From contig NC_085841.1 of assembly GCF_035594765.1 (NCBI RefSeq), positions 36,873,636 through 36,937,635 on the forward strand: a stretch of DNA of 64,000 nt, in the 5' to 3' direction. The notes beneath the pieces are model-generated. The model did no database searches, was not told where the DNA came from, and saw only the letters and a list, made by a program, of their open reading frames with translations. Shown here in pieces: positions 1 to 13,970 of this stretch. This stretch comes from Anolis carolinensis. Lineage: Eukaryota. Numbering within the stretch: position 1 is the first letter of the stretch; each line of letters starts with the position of its first letter. Both the position numbers and the translations under genes were made by a program.

Positions 1-407
1 TGTCTCAGCTGGCCATACCTATACATTGGCACACTATTCACCAATCAATTTAATGGGATTACTCTAGTTGGGACTAGGATTCCAACAAGAGAATAGTACA
101 TTTAGGACAAAAAATTTCCAAAGTTCATGACATATAAGCAGCCAACACACAAAACTACACTTGTCATGAAGGAAACGGATCCTTCCCATCTCACCGAGTT
201 TCAAAAGTCTTGGAGTAGAAGGTGGTACGGTATTTCTTGAAGCAACTCATTTTACACTTAGATTTGTAGCATGAAAGCTACATTTATGGCATGTGTTTGT
301 GATACACTGTATATGTCCTCTACTCACTTCAAAAGCATGTTGGAAATATATAACTTTGAAATGTAAGTAATAAAACCTGTTTCCTGTAAAACTTTTGAGT
401 CTGGATT

Positions 408-446
408 TTTATTTTAGAACAATGTGTATCTTCAAATAGATTTATT
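408..446 (-). terminator. Candidate TAF1A polyadenylation signals (AATAAA at 441-446 and 408-413)
   Basis: tttatt on the + strand, 155-190 nt downstream of the stop codon. Usage is not demonstrable from sequence. Confidence 0.4.
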
Positions 447-600
447 ATAAGGTAAGAACTTGGTTTTTTCTTCTTCAAACAAAGTCTCATTTTTGTGCCC
501 CCTTTTTGCACTACAGAGAAGATTCGTATAAAAACTGGCACACGTACAATCTGGAAAAATAATTTAATATATTTAAAAAAAAACTTGGCCTGTGGCGTAA

Positions 601-722
601 TCAAACATCAGACAATCTCAAACTGACCCAGCTGTGTTCTTTCAGAAATTTCTTCAGTGGTTTGATATTTTTCTTCCTTGCTTTATTGCTCTGTTGAATG
701 ATGTATTTAGAATATTTGGAAT
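601..722 (-). CDS. TAF1A: TAF1A last coding exon (TGA at 601-603)
   Basis: Acceptor tgtgtctag; phase fits the preceding exon. Encodes DSKYSKYIIQQSNKARKKNIKPLKKFLKEHSWVSLRLSDV*, a basic tail. Confidence 0.85.
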
Positions 723-3700
723 CTAGACACAAACATAAAAAACAAAATGAGATAGCATTAGGATGACTGGAAAAAATTAAAAGAGAAAATTTGAGGCAAG
801 TAGGATTCTACTGGACACAGGCTCATTTGATTTAATTCAAATCCGCAGTGTTATATGAAGGAAATAGGCACTTGGCTTCTATTCCATCTTTCAGGCTTCA
901 CTTTACTGCTCTGAATATAACCTGGTGGATCTTCCTATGCGTTTGGTTACATGGGGGTTAAGATGTTAATCCCGGTTTAAGAAAACTGTCCTTCATTACT
1001 ACTTTAAAAAGCATGAACAAAATAGGTACTGTCCAAGAGCTTGGCAACTGTCTTGCTGATGTTGATGGATTGTGACTCCCACTGTCCTTAGCCAGCATAA
1101 ACAGTGGCAAGGAATGGTGGATCTGTCTTACTTTCCATGGTGACATCCATGGATCGCTCCACCACCCCATATCTTCACAACAACCCTGAGAAGTGGTAGG
1201 CATGACTGGCTCAGCATCACCTAACAGGTGGCTTTGGCTCCATGAGGAACATAAAACTGGATTTTCCAAATCCTAGGGCCTCATCACACTTAAGCATTTA
1301 TCCACTTTAAATTCGATTTCTGCTTCCTGCAGAATTCTGGGGCTTGTAGTTTGGTGAGGCCCAGGACTTGTCTGGCTGAGCTGTTTAAAGGCCCCTCCCT
1401 AAAGTGGATTCAAACTCTAGTGTGATGAAGTGGCTAATCTAATACTCAATCACTGCACCACACAGCCTCTTTGGTCCAATAATATCTCTGCAATCTAACA
1501 ATACAGGAACTCCTGGGCTAACATCTGCCTAAAGCACACATAAAACTAAAGGAAAGTAGACTAGACTGCATATCCCACCCTCAGCATTCTCCTTCCTCCA
1601 TCAACCTGGTTCTGAACTATTGGAGAGCTTAATGGGTTGACAAGTACCTATACAGATCTCCCCAGGTTTTTAGGATGACTGCAGACACTTCACAACCCCA
1701 ACAACCTCCCAAGGGTTTTTAGGATGACTGCAGACACTTCACAACCTTTAAGGATACAGCATGAAATTCTTCTATGAGAAAGGTAAAAATTTACCAGCCT
1801 ACAGAGATCAGCACTCGTATGCCAGCCTCAAGGTTTAGCAATTATCTCTCCTATATGTTTATAGGAAAATGCATAGGAACTGGTGCTCCGTTTAGAATAT
1901 AGAGCAACTAGCCTACGAAATTTATTCTACATCTGGAAGCAATTTGTTTCATGGCACCAGTTCAAGACACAAAGAAAAGGGGGGCATAGTTTGCAATGGT
2001 GATTTTTTTGGAAATAAAATAACTGTAATATCTAAAACAGTCTCACAAGAGCTTTAGAGCTATATGGATTTTAAATGCTAGGAAGTAACAAATAACACCC
2101 ATCCCAAGCCCAAGGGCTCTGGCCATTTAAATATCTTCTTTACTGTTCTGATTGGATAGGAATACAAGACATGGCAGAGGTACTAACTGTGACACATGAA
2201 GAAGGAAGTATTCTGTTAACCTAAGGAGGTAGAAATTTTGTGGCTTTCCAGATGTAATTGAATTCACCATTGATTATAAAAGGAGTTGCAATCCAAAATC
2301 ATCTGGGCCTCCCCACAATCCTAACTCTTCTTTTAAACTCTGGAATTTACTTGATGTGATGATCAGAACGTGGAACCTTTTTAGACTCCAAAACCATGAA
2401 ATCTCTCCAGCCAGTATGACCAATATGTTTTCAAGATCATGTGGTCCAAAAAGCTAATATTTCCAAGCTCTGATTATGATATCAAACAAACATAGATGCC
2501 TTTAAAAGTGTATGATACAGATCCATTGAGAATATGCTTGGCAAGGACTACAAGCCATCAAGATGGCTATGTTCTACTTTCCTAATTTTATCCCTTTCCA
2601 TTGCTGGGCAAGATCCTGCAAGTTCCTATTAATAAGTTTACAGATGCTATATTCCAAAACCTATGTTGCAAGCAATGCAGCCTTCTGAACAAGGCCATTT
2701 CCAAGTTGCCAGTCAACAAGATCCAGAAGCATTCAGCCCTCTTCCTGTACAGGAAGCTTCCATTTATCTAATGGGTCAGAAATACAGGAATTGGCAAATG
2801 CAGTTGGTCCTCCTCCGCATCTGCGGATTTGATTATTCACAGATTTGATAAAAATGTTATCTCTGAGAATCTCTAGGTCCTCTAGTGCAACTTCATGGTC
2901 AGCTTTTGCTGGAGTTTGATGACAGTCTTATGCTAGAGTCTATCAACACTTTTCTAAGGATCTCTAGGTACTCCAGTACAATCCATTGGAAACTGACCAG
3001 AGTAGTGCTGGTAAAACTAGATATTCCTAAAGAGATGTCCTTTCAGGTGGAAAAAAGCAAGTTTATTATTTGCAGTTTTTCACTTTTGTGGGCTCCTGGG
3101 AAGGATGACAGTAGTGAAATTTGTTGAACAGCAGCTTGCAAATGCAAGACTGAACAGTAGATGGTGCTCAGTCAACAGATAGGGGAAAAACCCACCAGCA
3201 ACCCAAGTACAGAAAAAACAGTGTACTCAGAGAGGAATAAAATGTGCCTCATAAATTTCAGAGAAAGCAATGGTCGAAAGAGCAAACCAGAGATCAAAAT
3301 AACAGTACATGACAATAATTCTGATCTGCTGAAAAGTAGAACATGAAAAAGCAAGCCTTTGAAAAATACGGGATGCTTATCATGAAGTGCTCTGCAACAG
3401 CCAGCCACAGGAATCACCTGTCACAATGTGCTCAGCTAGACGAAGAGGGCTTGTTGTGTCATCACTCTGCTCTCTGGCAACTTGGAATTGATTGTGTTAA
3501 ATGGGCTGTGCAGTTGAAAAGGTCATATTTTACTATGTTCTTATTTTAATTGTGTTTTGCTTTAATTGATGTTTTGTATTTATGTTTTTGTGGGCATTTT
3601 GTCCCATACGTAAGCCCCCCCCCCCCCCCCCGAGCCCCTTTGGGAAGATGGTGGCAAGGTAGAAGAATAAAATTATTAAAGGTCAGTTTTGTGGGAACAC

Positions 3701-3826
3701 TTTAGGTCATTGTGGTGGTGCAATGGTTATAAAAATAAAATCAGATTTATGACATCATAATTACCAAACAAGAGGCCAATCATCTATTTTGTAAATAGAG
3801 AGAAAACATTTATTTTAGAGATGTAC

Positions 3827-3987
3827 CTTTTCCTAGCAGAATTCCAGCCACCAATGTTTTTTCATACACTAGATCTTCATTTTCCTGCCAGTTCTGTTTT
3901 GCCAAATGAAGGCTGAAATGAAAAGATGGCCACCAGTCCTTTCTGGCACTCCATTCCTTTCTGAGCCAGTCAAGTTGCTTGTCAGTG
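3827..3987 (-). CDS. TAF1A: TAF1A coding exon
   Basis: 161 nt; acceptor tctcttag, donor gtacat. Encodes LDWLRKEWSARKDWWPSFHFS...EKTLVAGILLGK. Confidence 0.94.
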
Positions 3988-4064
3988 CTAAGAGAAAACC
4001 AGAAAAGACTAAATGAGGCAAAAGCCCAAAGAGATGTTAAAATCATGAACAGATAACGGTTCTG

Positions 4065-4410
4065 GCCTAACTTACCTGTCCCAGTGTATCACCTCCTATG
4101 AATCAATTAGGATGTTAAGATCTGCCAGGGAGGCCCTGCTCTCAGTCCCATCTCCTTCGCAAGCACGACTGATGGGGATGAGAGGCAGGGCCTTCTCAGT
4201 GGTAGCCCCTCAGCTATGGAACTTCCTCCCCAATGATATTAGATCAGTCCCCTCCCTCCTGACTTTCAGGAAAAAAGTCAAAACCTGGCCATGGAACCAG
4301 GTGTTTGGGGAGTAGTGGAATACGGAATTGGCATAACGTAGCATCATAAACGACGACTAGGTGTTATGTTTTTAACAGTTTTTAATTGCATTTATATGTT
4401 TTATCTGTTT
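4065..4410 (+). mobile_element. L2-clade LINE ORF2 C-terminal fragment
   Basis: RAFSVVAPQLWNFLPNDIRSVPSLLTFRKKVKTW is the typical L2 C-terminal motif. Confidence 0.8.
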
Positions 4411-4922
4411 TTACTGCTGCAGCCAAAAAAAGACCTGTAGCGCTGACCTTTACGCACATTTAACGAAATACATGGAGATCTTCTTGGATGTGGAGCTCAT
4501 GGCTCATGGACCACTGTAGCAAACTATTCTAGAAAAACAAGTTCGTCAATTGGCTGTTCTCTGTAAATATGAGCCATGTCTTTCAAAGATGTCATGTATC
4601 TTTATTTTTCCCATAAAGGTTTTTTGACACAAGGGACCAGAACTCTCTCCACTAATCTTGAAAATTTGGGGGAGGGGGGGCAGGGTGTTTGCACACTGAC
4701 AAACAGCTCTCTACTCTGTAGGGAGACATAGTAAAGCCTACAATATATTTTACTTATACTACAATATATTTATTTATTTATCTATCCATACAACAGATGT
4801 ATGGATAGATAAGTAAATACGAAATCATATGAGACAGGAGATAGAAAGCCGCCTTAAGTCCCGACAGGGAGAAAGGCAGACTATAAAGTTTAAAAACAAT
4901 GAATAATAAATGCTTTACTTAC

Positions 4923-5046
4923 TTTTGCAGAATTTCTACAATCTGTTTTGCCAGACAATGCCATGCTTTTACATTTTCTTTCCACCCAGCAAAGTCCAAG
5001 ACTGAAAATATTACTTTAAGACACTTCTTGTGATGTTTATTTTTGT
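4923..5046 (-). CDS. TAF1A: TAF1A coding exon
   Basis: 124 nt; acceptor attgcag, donor gtaagt. Encodes ...KVIFSVLDFAGWKENVKAWHCLAK... Confidence 0.92.
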
Positions 5047-5748
5047 CTGCAATTAGAATACATTGTTTTAAGGTGTTAGTAAGTCACAACATTGAGCTGT
5101 GTTCAGAGGAGAATACAATCACTAAGGCTAATATTAATGCCAAATTTGCCTTGCAGTGTGGCAGAATAATCCAAGCTATGCTGGGGCACACTAGAGAGAG
5201 CTCACCTTCTCTATGACTAGATTGATTGATTATTTCTCAGCTTTGCATGTTGCCCCATTGTAAAAGGGTAAAACCACTCTCTTAAGGTTACATTACTGGA
5301 AGCAAGAACTTTAAGCTAAAATGTGCTGCCATTGTTGTCTTTACTGCCACCATAACACAGCTCAAGAACTCTCAGCCTAAAAGAACATGACACTCAGGCT
5401 AAAGGAAGTTCCATCTATACTGATCATTTGATGCAGTTTCAAATTGTTATTGAAGAAAGTTGTTTTAGTATGCAGATGATTACATCAGAAATCTTGGAAC
5501 CAGTTCAAAGCCCGGATGGTGATTACACAAACCATAGAGCACTGATGCACATTAAGAGCTTTATTTTGCGCTATTTTGTGGAAGTCTGTGTTCTGGTCAC
5601 TGCAATTTGTGGCTAGCTTTGAACTACATTAAATGGTCAGTGCAGATGGGGCCAAAATTTCTGTTTTCTTCTCCCTGAGAAACAGCTGCCAGTTAGACCC
5701 TAACACTATTAAGTTAAAGAAAGGAATATGGTACTTAGAAAGTCTTAC

Positions 5749-5815
5749 CTGACTTACTAAGCATGGTATAAAATTCCAACATTAGTTCATGAGAAGGAAC
5801 AAGCTCATGCAAAAT
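5749..5815 (-). CDS. TAF1A: TAF1A coding exon
   Basis: 67 nt; acceptor ttttcttag, donor gtaaga. Encodes ILHELVPSHELMLEFYTMLSKS. Confidence 0.92.
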
Positions 5816-7662
5816 CTAAGAAAAAAACAGACAAATATCAACATATGTAGATAAATGGGGGCAGGTATGCAATTTCACACACAACTGATTTCAATAGAAT
5901 AATTACAGAAGTTTGTATCAGAGTTAATTATAGCATGGAACTAGATAGGCCACCAGCTTCACTGTGGTGTAAACATGCATATGCATTAAAGCTCCAATTT
6001 CTGCAAGGGAAATAACAAAATACATTTTTCCAAGGAGCATGAGACATAACACCTCTAAATGGAAGACAGAAAAAACTATACATTAAATGGAAATTAACCA
6101 AAAATATATACACAAAGATACTCAAGCACACTTAACCGGGCACTTGCATGCTTTCCTTTTTACCCCTATGAAAGATCAACTAGATTCCTGTAATTCATGA
6201 ACACTGAAGGCAGCACTACACACATCCTAGCAAAACTAGGGAGCGCTGGCTTTACACTCGGTTTTCCCAGATATGTATTATAATTGATGTGTCATTACTG
6301 CTTTTATGCTGTATATTTTCTATCAAACATTCTGAACATGTTTAAAAAATGATGTGGATCAGTCAACTACTTGTGATTACTGTATATATTATTATACTCT
6401 TTAGTTATATTTTACATGCTTGCTGCAAAAGCTATTCATCCTCGGGGTTGTCTACACCTACTTGTAATACACTGCACTAACACTGTATTGATGGCCACAC
6501 ATTTCTCCTGGTCATATTCAGACTGGGAACACTTTTCTTCTTCCTTCCTCTTCCAGCTGCCATCCACTCCTCTGCCTAGATCAGCCATGAATGAAACCAA
6601 TCATGAGAGGGGGAGGGGGTGTAGATTGGGGCCCTCACCATTAAAAATGTAAAATAAACTATGTCTTTCTCCTCAGAGTCCCAGAAAAGTCCTACTTGTG
6701 AAATCACTTTCTCTGAAGTCAGAAAGAGCGAGGCACCCAGCCACAAGATCAAATGTGTAGGATTTTGGCAGTGCAGTTCTTTCTCAGGTTACCCATGTGG
6801 GATCTTTTCAAAAAATGTAATTTTAATTGAAATATTGTACTCCTCCAGTAAAATGGTAGGAATCATACTACGGAAATGTGAAAAAAGGAAAAAGAAACCA
6901 TTTTATGCCCTCCACATAATTGGAAAAAATGCATTATAATGCATTAAAGTCTAAAAGAAGCTTTCTCTGTTAAAACAGTAATAGGCTGTGTCCTCCAGGA
7001 ATACTGGAATAGAGGTGGGTACAGATTTTTTTTTCTGGTGTAGACAGCTCCTACAAGATGCACCAATGTCCAGGCCACTCTTGCAAAATGGAAATATAAT
7101 GTTGGAACAGATGGGTCTTCAATCCAATTTAGCAAGGCACCATTTATGTTTTTAAAGTAGTACTTCATTTAATTTAACACTTCAGTTAAAATAGTTACAC
7201 ATCCTTTTAGTTTCAATACACAAATAAAGCATATTCCTAGTTGGAACTTTTACTTCACTTCCTCCCTATACTAAATAATATGTATAACAATACTCCCTCC
7301 CCCTCTATGTCTTTGACAATACAATAGACTCATGTGTAGAACAATTTAAGTAACTATATGTTTTAGCTGACTAATGTATTTTATGTATTTTATGTGTTGT
7401 ATTTTATGAATAGTTGTTAATGGTCTTAAATGTGTTGCTGTTTTATTGATCTGTTTGGCATTGAATTTTGCCAGTTGTTGTAAGCTGCCCTGAGTCCCCT
7501 CGGGTGAGAAGGGCGGGGTAGAAATGTTGTAAATAAATAAACAAATAATTCCCAGATGTCTTTCAATAGAATGAATGCTTTTAATTCAGACTGCCTAGTT
7601 TGTGTTCTTTATTAATCATAAATTAATCAGAACAGACATGAAATAAGGCCTAAAGGTCATAC

Positions 7663-7821
7663 CTGGAGGGCAGAGATCTGTGCCTTCTTTGGTTCACCCC
7701 TTCTCTTAAGGAACTGATAGAAGAAGACATGAGCATTGGGGTTAGAAGGAAATTTGGAATTATACGCATACTCATGTAATGTTTCTCTTGCTTCTTCAAA
7801 CTCTTCATAATGTTCCAGCAT
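7663..7821 (-). CDS. TAF1A: TAF1A coding exon
   Basis: 159 nt; acceptor tttctcag, donor gtatga. Encodes MLEHYEEFEEARETLHEYAYNSKFPSNPNAHVFFYQFL... Confidence 0.94.
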
Positions 7822-8499
7822 CTGAGAAATACAAATGCAAACCTGATAGTTTAAAGCTGTTGACTGGATTTTTTCTTGCAGATACAGTACTTTTTTCTGC
7901 AGAAAGAATACTTTAATTTAAAAGCTACAACTGAAGGAGACTGAGACACTGGGCCAGAAGCAGCAGCTTTGAGATATATATCAAAGAACAAACACCGGGC
8001 TAAACTAGCATTGTGTCTGGGTACGTATGGATGTGTATACGGGATGGTGTGAATAGAAGTGCCAAAATGTCATCTGATAAACAGGTTAGAACTCTGGCTC
8101 TAATAGTCTTTTCTCTTTTGATTTCTTTTCTCTCTTAGCTGAAATAACCCACTGTTCATTCCCTCAAACAGCACTGTTGTGATTGGCCACAACCCTCTTT
8201 GTGGAGATGCCCTGAGTAGTTTGTAGATTTTCCAAGAAATTTCATGTTCTATGTAAACTGGAAATTAAGTAGGTTGGAAATTACCCAATACTACAAAGAT
8301 AAGAGCAATCACATCACTGTTTGACAAGAAATCGTAAGGACTGTCCAATCTTTATTAAGCATTGTTTTCAAGAGCCTATTTAACAAACTACTATGAGAAT
8401 ATCAAAATTTCTCACAATGCCACAAAATCTTGAACTGCCAGCAATACTTAGCTCAAAAGAAGTGGTCAAGTTAGTTACATCAGAAGAATGTGCACTTAC

Positions 8500-8630
8500 A
8501 TCTACATAACAGGTCACAAACGGATCCCAAACTCCAGGGATTTTAATTATCTCTTTAAGGCAGTCTTTAGCCTGCTGGTACAGTCTGTCCACTTCCTGCT
8601 GAACAGAAGTTCTTGCATAGCTATCTTCAT
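8500..8630 (-). CDS. TAF1A: TAF1A coding exon
   Basis: 131 nt; acceptor cttttacag, donor gtaagt. Encodes ...LKEIIKIPGVWDPFVTCYVD, a hallmark TAF1A motif. Confidence 0.95.
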
Positions 8631-8980
8631 CTGTAAAAGACAAGACATTCATCTCTTATGTAATCATGAGCTAGTCAATAGCTTCTGTTTCAAAAACCTT
8701 CAACATAAGCTTAGAAAAAGAGATGAATCAAAGAGGACAGTAAATACTAATTGAAGATACAAAGAGGAAATATCTAATATTTAATATAGTACCTGTATTT
8801 GGCATTTTCGACTTTTAAAGCAGACAGAGATAATGCAGCCCTGAGACAATATGCAAACCTATTTTTATGACCTTAAACCCTCCAGAATCCCTGGTCCACT
8901 TTTTTCTGGCCCCAAAATAGTAAATTGTCAGGAAACTTCCTCATGTGACAATACACCTTACTTAAGCTAGAGTCTTCCTG

Positions 8981-9297
8981 GAGCCCCCGGTGGCGCAGTG
9001 GATTAAACCACTGAGTTGCTGAAAGGTCGGCAGTTCGAATCCAGAGAGCAGGATGACCTCCCGCTGTTAGCCCCAGCTTCTGCCAACCTAGCAGTCCGAA
9101 AACAAGCAGTTGTGAGTAGATCAATAGGTACCGCTCTGATGGGAAGGTAACAGCACGCCATTCAGTCATGCCGGCCACATGACCTTGGAGGTGTCTACGG
9201 ACAACACCGGCTCTTTCGGCTTAGAAATGGAGATGAGCACCAACCCCCAGAATCGCTCACGACTAGACTTAATGTCAGGGGAAAACCTTTACATTTA
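8981..9297 (+). mobile_element. Sauria-type SINE
   Basis: tRNA head (TGGCGCAGTGG, GTTCGAATCC), ACCTTTA tail, TSD TAGAGTCTTC (8968-8977 and 9296-9305). Confidence 0.88.
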
Positions 9298-9703
9298 GAG
9301 TCTTCTAGTGCTATCCGACATTAAAAATAGCCACTCCTCAAAACTAGACTTCTGGTTTTGAAAATCAGAAATTTTAGGGTGGTCACTTTTGGGCAGTTTA
9401 CACAGATCCCATAAGGTCCCAAAGCTAGTGCTTGCAACAGTTGACTATCTCTGTTCTAAGTTCTTTCTGGTCCAAAGCAAAGGTCTATAGTGCTCAGTTC
9501 TTTGTGTAAGATCTAATAGTAATGCAGATGGAGATCCTGGTGGCATAACTGAAGGTAGTGTCAAAAGAGAAATGACAAATAGCAGGGAAAGGAGGAAAAA
9601 CATGGCAAGAGCAGAGACAGGACGAAAAGACTATTTCTTTCATGTTTCCTAAATGTCTGGTTTCCAGAGAATTGAAAGTTCACTGAGCTAAGGTAGTAGA
9701 GAA

Positions 9704-9938
9704 GGGGCCGGGCTGTGGCGCAGGCTGTTGAACAACCAGCTGCAGCCAGCTGCAATGAATCACTCTGACCAGGAGGTCATGAGTTCGAGGCCAGCTCGGA
9801 GCCCCGTGTTTGTCTTGTCTTTGTTCTATGTTAAGGCATTGAATGTTTGCCTTATATGTGTAATGTGATCCGCCCTGAGTCCCCTTCGGGGTGAGAAAAG
9901 CGGAATATAAATACTGTAATTAAATAAATAAATAAATA
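9704..9938 (+). mobile_element. tRNA-derived SINE with L2-like tail (Anolis SINE2-like)
   Basis: A/B boxes, CCGCCCTGAGTCCCCTTCGGGG hairpin and (TAAA)n tail; second copy at 31301-31533. Confidence 0.8.
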
Positions 9939-10649
9939 CCTTGGAGAATTGCCTTGTCCCACAGGACAAGTGATTACCCGAGCCATTCCTGCTTACTGCT
10001 TTGGCTCAATGGATTCCTTCCAGCCTCCAAGACATCAGGCATAGGATCCACCTCCTATCATCACTTGCCTTCATGAACATAAAAGATCACTATACTAACA
10101 TAATGTTTCACTAGAATCTTGGCCCAGAATTTCTACAGTACAATAGAACAGACTAACCTTCTCTCAGAAACAGGAAAGTAGGCTGATACCACAATCCTAA
10201 GGATGTGTAGTCATTCAGTCTCATCAACTCTGATACAACTTATTTCCTAGTAAAACATATGTAAGGTTGCAGCCCAAGTCTCTCAGCTTAGTTTCAGATT
10301 TCCGTCCTACTACCTACTCAAGCGCATTTGCTGGGAACAAGGGGAGAGGGCCTTGTGAGGATATTTAGTTTTAAATGTAATTTTAATTGGAAGAATATTT
10401 TATTGTATCTTAACTATATTTGAATTTATATCAATGACACAAATATTTCATTTTTAAAAAATGTATTTATTTGCCATGTTTTAAAAAGTTATTGGGTTGT
10501 GTCATGTTATTGGAAGCTATTGTGTCATGTTATTGGAAGTCCCCCAGGGGGAGAAAGGTGAGATAGAAATAATTAAATAAATAAGAACTGGATATGAAAA
10601 CCATGGTTGGCGGCAAGAATTCTGGGCAGCACCAAAGGCACAAACTCAC

Positions 10650-10848
10650 CATGCTCCAACATGTCTGTCCTCTTCTTTAACCACTTATAATAATCCAGCA
10701 ACCCTCTATAGCCTTGAATGAGCTTCCGTTCTTTTTCCTGGGCAAGTGAGAGTTCTCCATAGCGCCAGCTTTCTGCCAGAGATAAGTCCTGATAGGCTTC
10801 CTCCAGAAAACCATTGCACAAAAGATGGAAGGCATGTTCCAAAGAAAC
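10650..10848 (-). CDS. TAF1A: TAF1A coding exon
   Basis: 199 nt, AG/GT ends. Encodes VSLEHAFHLLCNGFLEEAYQDLSLAESWRYGE...GYRGLLDYYKW. Confidence 0.95.
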
Positions 10849-11641
10849 CTATAGTAATTTTAAGCCTAGGTTACATTCCTTATTAGCAGCAGCAGTTCTG
10901 AAAATGATGCTACAATATACAGTAGATCTATGTACACAGGAATATATCATCAGACTTCCCAAATAATTTTAGTGCCAAATGGCATTTCTATCTGCAGCAG
11001 AGGGCTGTTTCTTCAGAATGAATCATTAAAATAAATAGGGAAACACTTGAGCACACAAGCAGTAGTCTGGAGCTATATGCATATATGATTGCAATGGGCA
11101 ACATCCACCTTGATCAGGTCCATTGAAATATGTGGGACTTGTTGGTCACAACTAATTTGGGTCTCACTGATTTCAATGGATCTACTCTAAATAAGACTCA
11201 GGCCTCTTCTATACTGCTGTAAAATCCAGACTTTCAAAGCAGATAATCCACATTATCTGCTTTGAACTGGATTATATGAGTCTACACTGCCATATAATCC
11301 AGATCAAAGCACATAATCTGGATTTTATATGGCAATGTAGAAGTGGCCTAACATTGGATTTAGCACTATCGTGAATCAGATCATACAAATTACATCAGCA
11401 TATCTTGCTTCAAACAACAAGAGGGCTATATAAATATCAAGCTATTCTAATTTTAGAAAGTATAAAAGTGTGTTTCACTAAATGGTTTTCTTCTTGTAAC
11501 ATTTTTAAAAGTTTATATTGCCCAAGAAGAAAAGTCATTTATAGCTACAGATCAAGAACTAACAGCACAACCTCCATATTAGCAGACTGGATTTAAAAAG
11601 AAACCTTATGCACATAAAGCATTCCTCTAAACTATCCTCAC

Positions 11642-11755
11642 CTTTAAATATTTTATGACTCCTAAATTTTTCATCCGATCTGCGAAATGACTGGCCTCCT
11701 GTACACTACTCTCTGGATGCTGCTGCATAATTTCGGTTCCTATTTTCCAGATCTC
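11642..11755 (-). CDS. TAF1A: TAF1A coding exon
   Basis: Acceptor tttctgtggcag, donor gtgagg; 114 nt. Encodes EIWKIGTEIMQQHPES...MKNLGVIKYLK. Confidence 0.93.
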
Positions 11756-12426
11756 CTGCCACAGAAAATAAAAACATGTTCAACATTACAAAAACAAATG
11801 GGGCTGCTCAAATGAATATGAACACATTGTCAGCAAATTTCTAAGTAAAGAGGCATTTTGACTGGATAATGCAAAAGCGCCTGTTGTGCAGCAGAAAAGT
11901 TTTAGCCCATTCTTAGAGTGGGTAAAATATAGTTCCTTAGGTACCTTTGGACTGTACTTCCCATCAGCTCTAACCAACACAGGCAATGGTGAAGGGCAAT
12001 ACTCAAATTTCCCATTTTTTGAACCAGCAATCATTCACCCTAATTTATCAAAAACAACTCAAAACCACTGGAAACCTAACAGAACCCCCTTCCCACTAAA
12101 ATATACAACTAAAAACCACCAAGGGTGCATCTACATTACAGAATTAATTCAGTTTAACGCCTGTTTAACTGCCATGGCTCAATGTTATGGAGTCAATGGG
12201 AGTTGTAGTTTAATGAGGCAGCAACATTCTTTAGCAGAGAAGGCTAAAGGTCTTGTACCTTCAACACTACCTTCAACTCACATAAAAAGACCATAAATTG
12301 GCTAAAAACAAAACAAAAGTGACATGATGTCAGTTTTCATCACATTAGCAATGTTGTTGTAGCCTCCAGGTTTTAATAATGCCTCCCTTCATGCTATGTG
12401 AGAGTCAGACAATTTTGCTTGCTTAC

Positions 12427-12596
12427 CTCAGAACCTTCCCGCTGTCGGGCCCAATTGGTGCTTTCCAACAACTCTAGATAGCTCACCATTAATTCTGCAG
12501 CCCTCTGCCATTGAGACTGTAAGAGGGCATTGTGGATGCACCGTAAGCAGTCGTCTTTTGCCTTATGAAATTCCGAAGGCTCTCTATGCACAAGTA
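12427..12596 (-). CDS. TAF1A: TAF1A coding exon
   Basis: Acceptor ttgattgtag, donor gtaagc; 170 nt. Encodes ...FHKAKDDCLRCIHNALLQSQWQRAAELMVSYLELLE..., matching TAF1A. Confidence 0.93.
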
Positions 12597-13822
12597 CTAC
12601 AATCAAAGAGAAATACGTTTGATGTCAAAAGCATGCGTTTTAATGCAATGATGGATTTAGATGGCATTTACAGGAAAAAAACAACATGTAAGATAGATGT
12701 AGCATGGATGTAAATGACTAATTTAAATCTTTCATTTACTCCAAATATAAATGCTGAAACAATAGTTGAAACTACTCTAATTGCATTTATAATTCTTCTA
12801 TCGTGAGTGCAGCATTCATTTGCCAAGTTTTGAAGAGAAGTAGACTGTCATACACAAATGCCAACTGAAAAGCAATCATGAACATTACAAAGAAGTGTCT
12901 TTTTCCCAATGGAATCAAACTAATTTGAGTCTGCAGGGCTTTAAGACTTGGAACATAAAGTGTTTTGTGTTAAGTGTAAATGCAGAAATGAAAAACAGAT
13001 TTAATTTTGGTGCCTGATTTTTTTTATTTCTCTTATTTCCACTTTAGGGAAAAAGTCAATCTAAAAAGTGGGGTCAACTTATCCCTAGATCAATGCTAAA
13101 AATGTTCTGCCTGTCCCATCATTTTGGACACTTTCAATAAGGGCTTACAGCAAAAGGCCTACCTTGCAAGGCTTGCAAAGATACTGCAAATGCAAGATGA
13201 GGCCTATATAGTAAATTCCTATTAAAAATGTCAGATTCCTGCATCTGTCTCTTGTCACTGCCTTCATGCTGGGTCCCAAATAGAAGCAGGTTGCTTTCCT
13301 TGCTTGTCTCCTTCTCTCCTTTTTCCCTGGATGCATTCACATTCTTTTTTCACATTTTATTCTTTTTCCCATCTGTATTTGTATAGATGTAGTAGACAAT
13401 TTACATGCCTCTATTGTAGTCCCTCAAATAAACAAGAATCTCTCCTTCTTAGCGCTTCTCAAGGATGTTCCCTCTATGCATTCTTAAAGGGAGAGGTAAA
13501 GAGTTGTATATCACATGCCCCTAAGTCAATGGTTCTCAACTTGTGGATCCCCCAGGTGTTTTGGCCTCCAACTCCCAGAAATCCCAGCCAGTTTATCAGC
13601 TGTTAGGATTTATGGAAGTTGAAAACCAAAACATCTACAGTGAAAACCATTGCCCTCAGTTTTGCTCTCAACATATCCACAGATCATAGCAAAATCCATA
13701 ATTTTAGCCCCAAAACCTGTCCTCGACTTATACATGAGAAAAACTTCTACACAGATATACATGGTAAAATATCCATGCCAAGAATCTGAAATATGTTTCC
13801 ATAATCAGGCTGAGACACTTAC

Positions 13823-13970
13823 TTGGGCGGCGAAAATGCTTTGGGAGGGAAGGTAAATAGAGTTCCGCAACTGGAGCATCTATTGCTCTCCGCGCAGAAA
13901 TATCCTCTGTTTCTTCTTCGGAGGAATCTTGCTCTTCCTCATCTTCCAGGCCTTTAACAAAACTGTCCAT
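13823..13970 (-). CDS. TAF1A: TAF1A coding exon 1 (gene exon 2). Full CDS = complement(join 601-722, 3827-3987, 4923-5046, 5749-5815, 7663-7821, 8500-8630, 10650-10848, 11642-11755, 12427-12596, 13823-13970), 1395 nt, 464 aa
   Basis: ATG at 13970 preceded by acceptor tttcacag|AA. Encodes MDSFVKGLEDEEEQ...KHFRRP, then donor gtaagt. 148 nt, phase 1. All ten exons join in frame with GT-AG ends. Confidence 0.88.
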
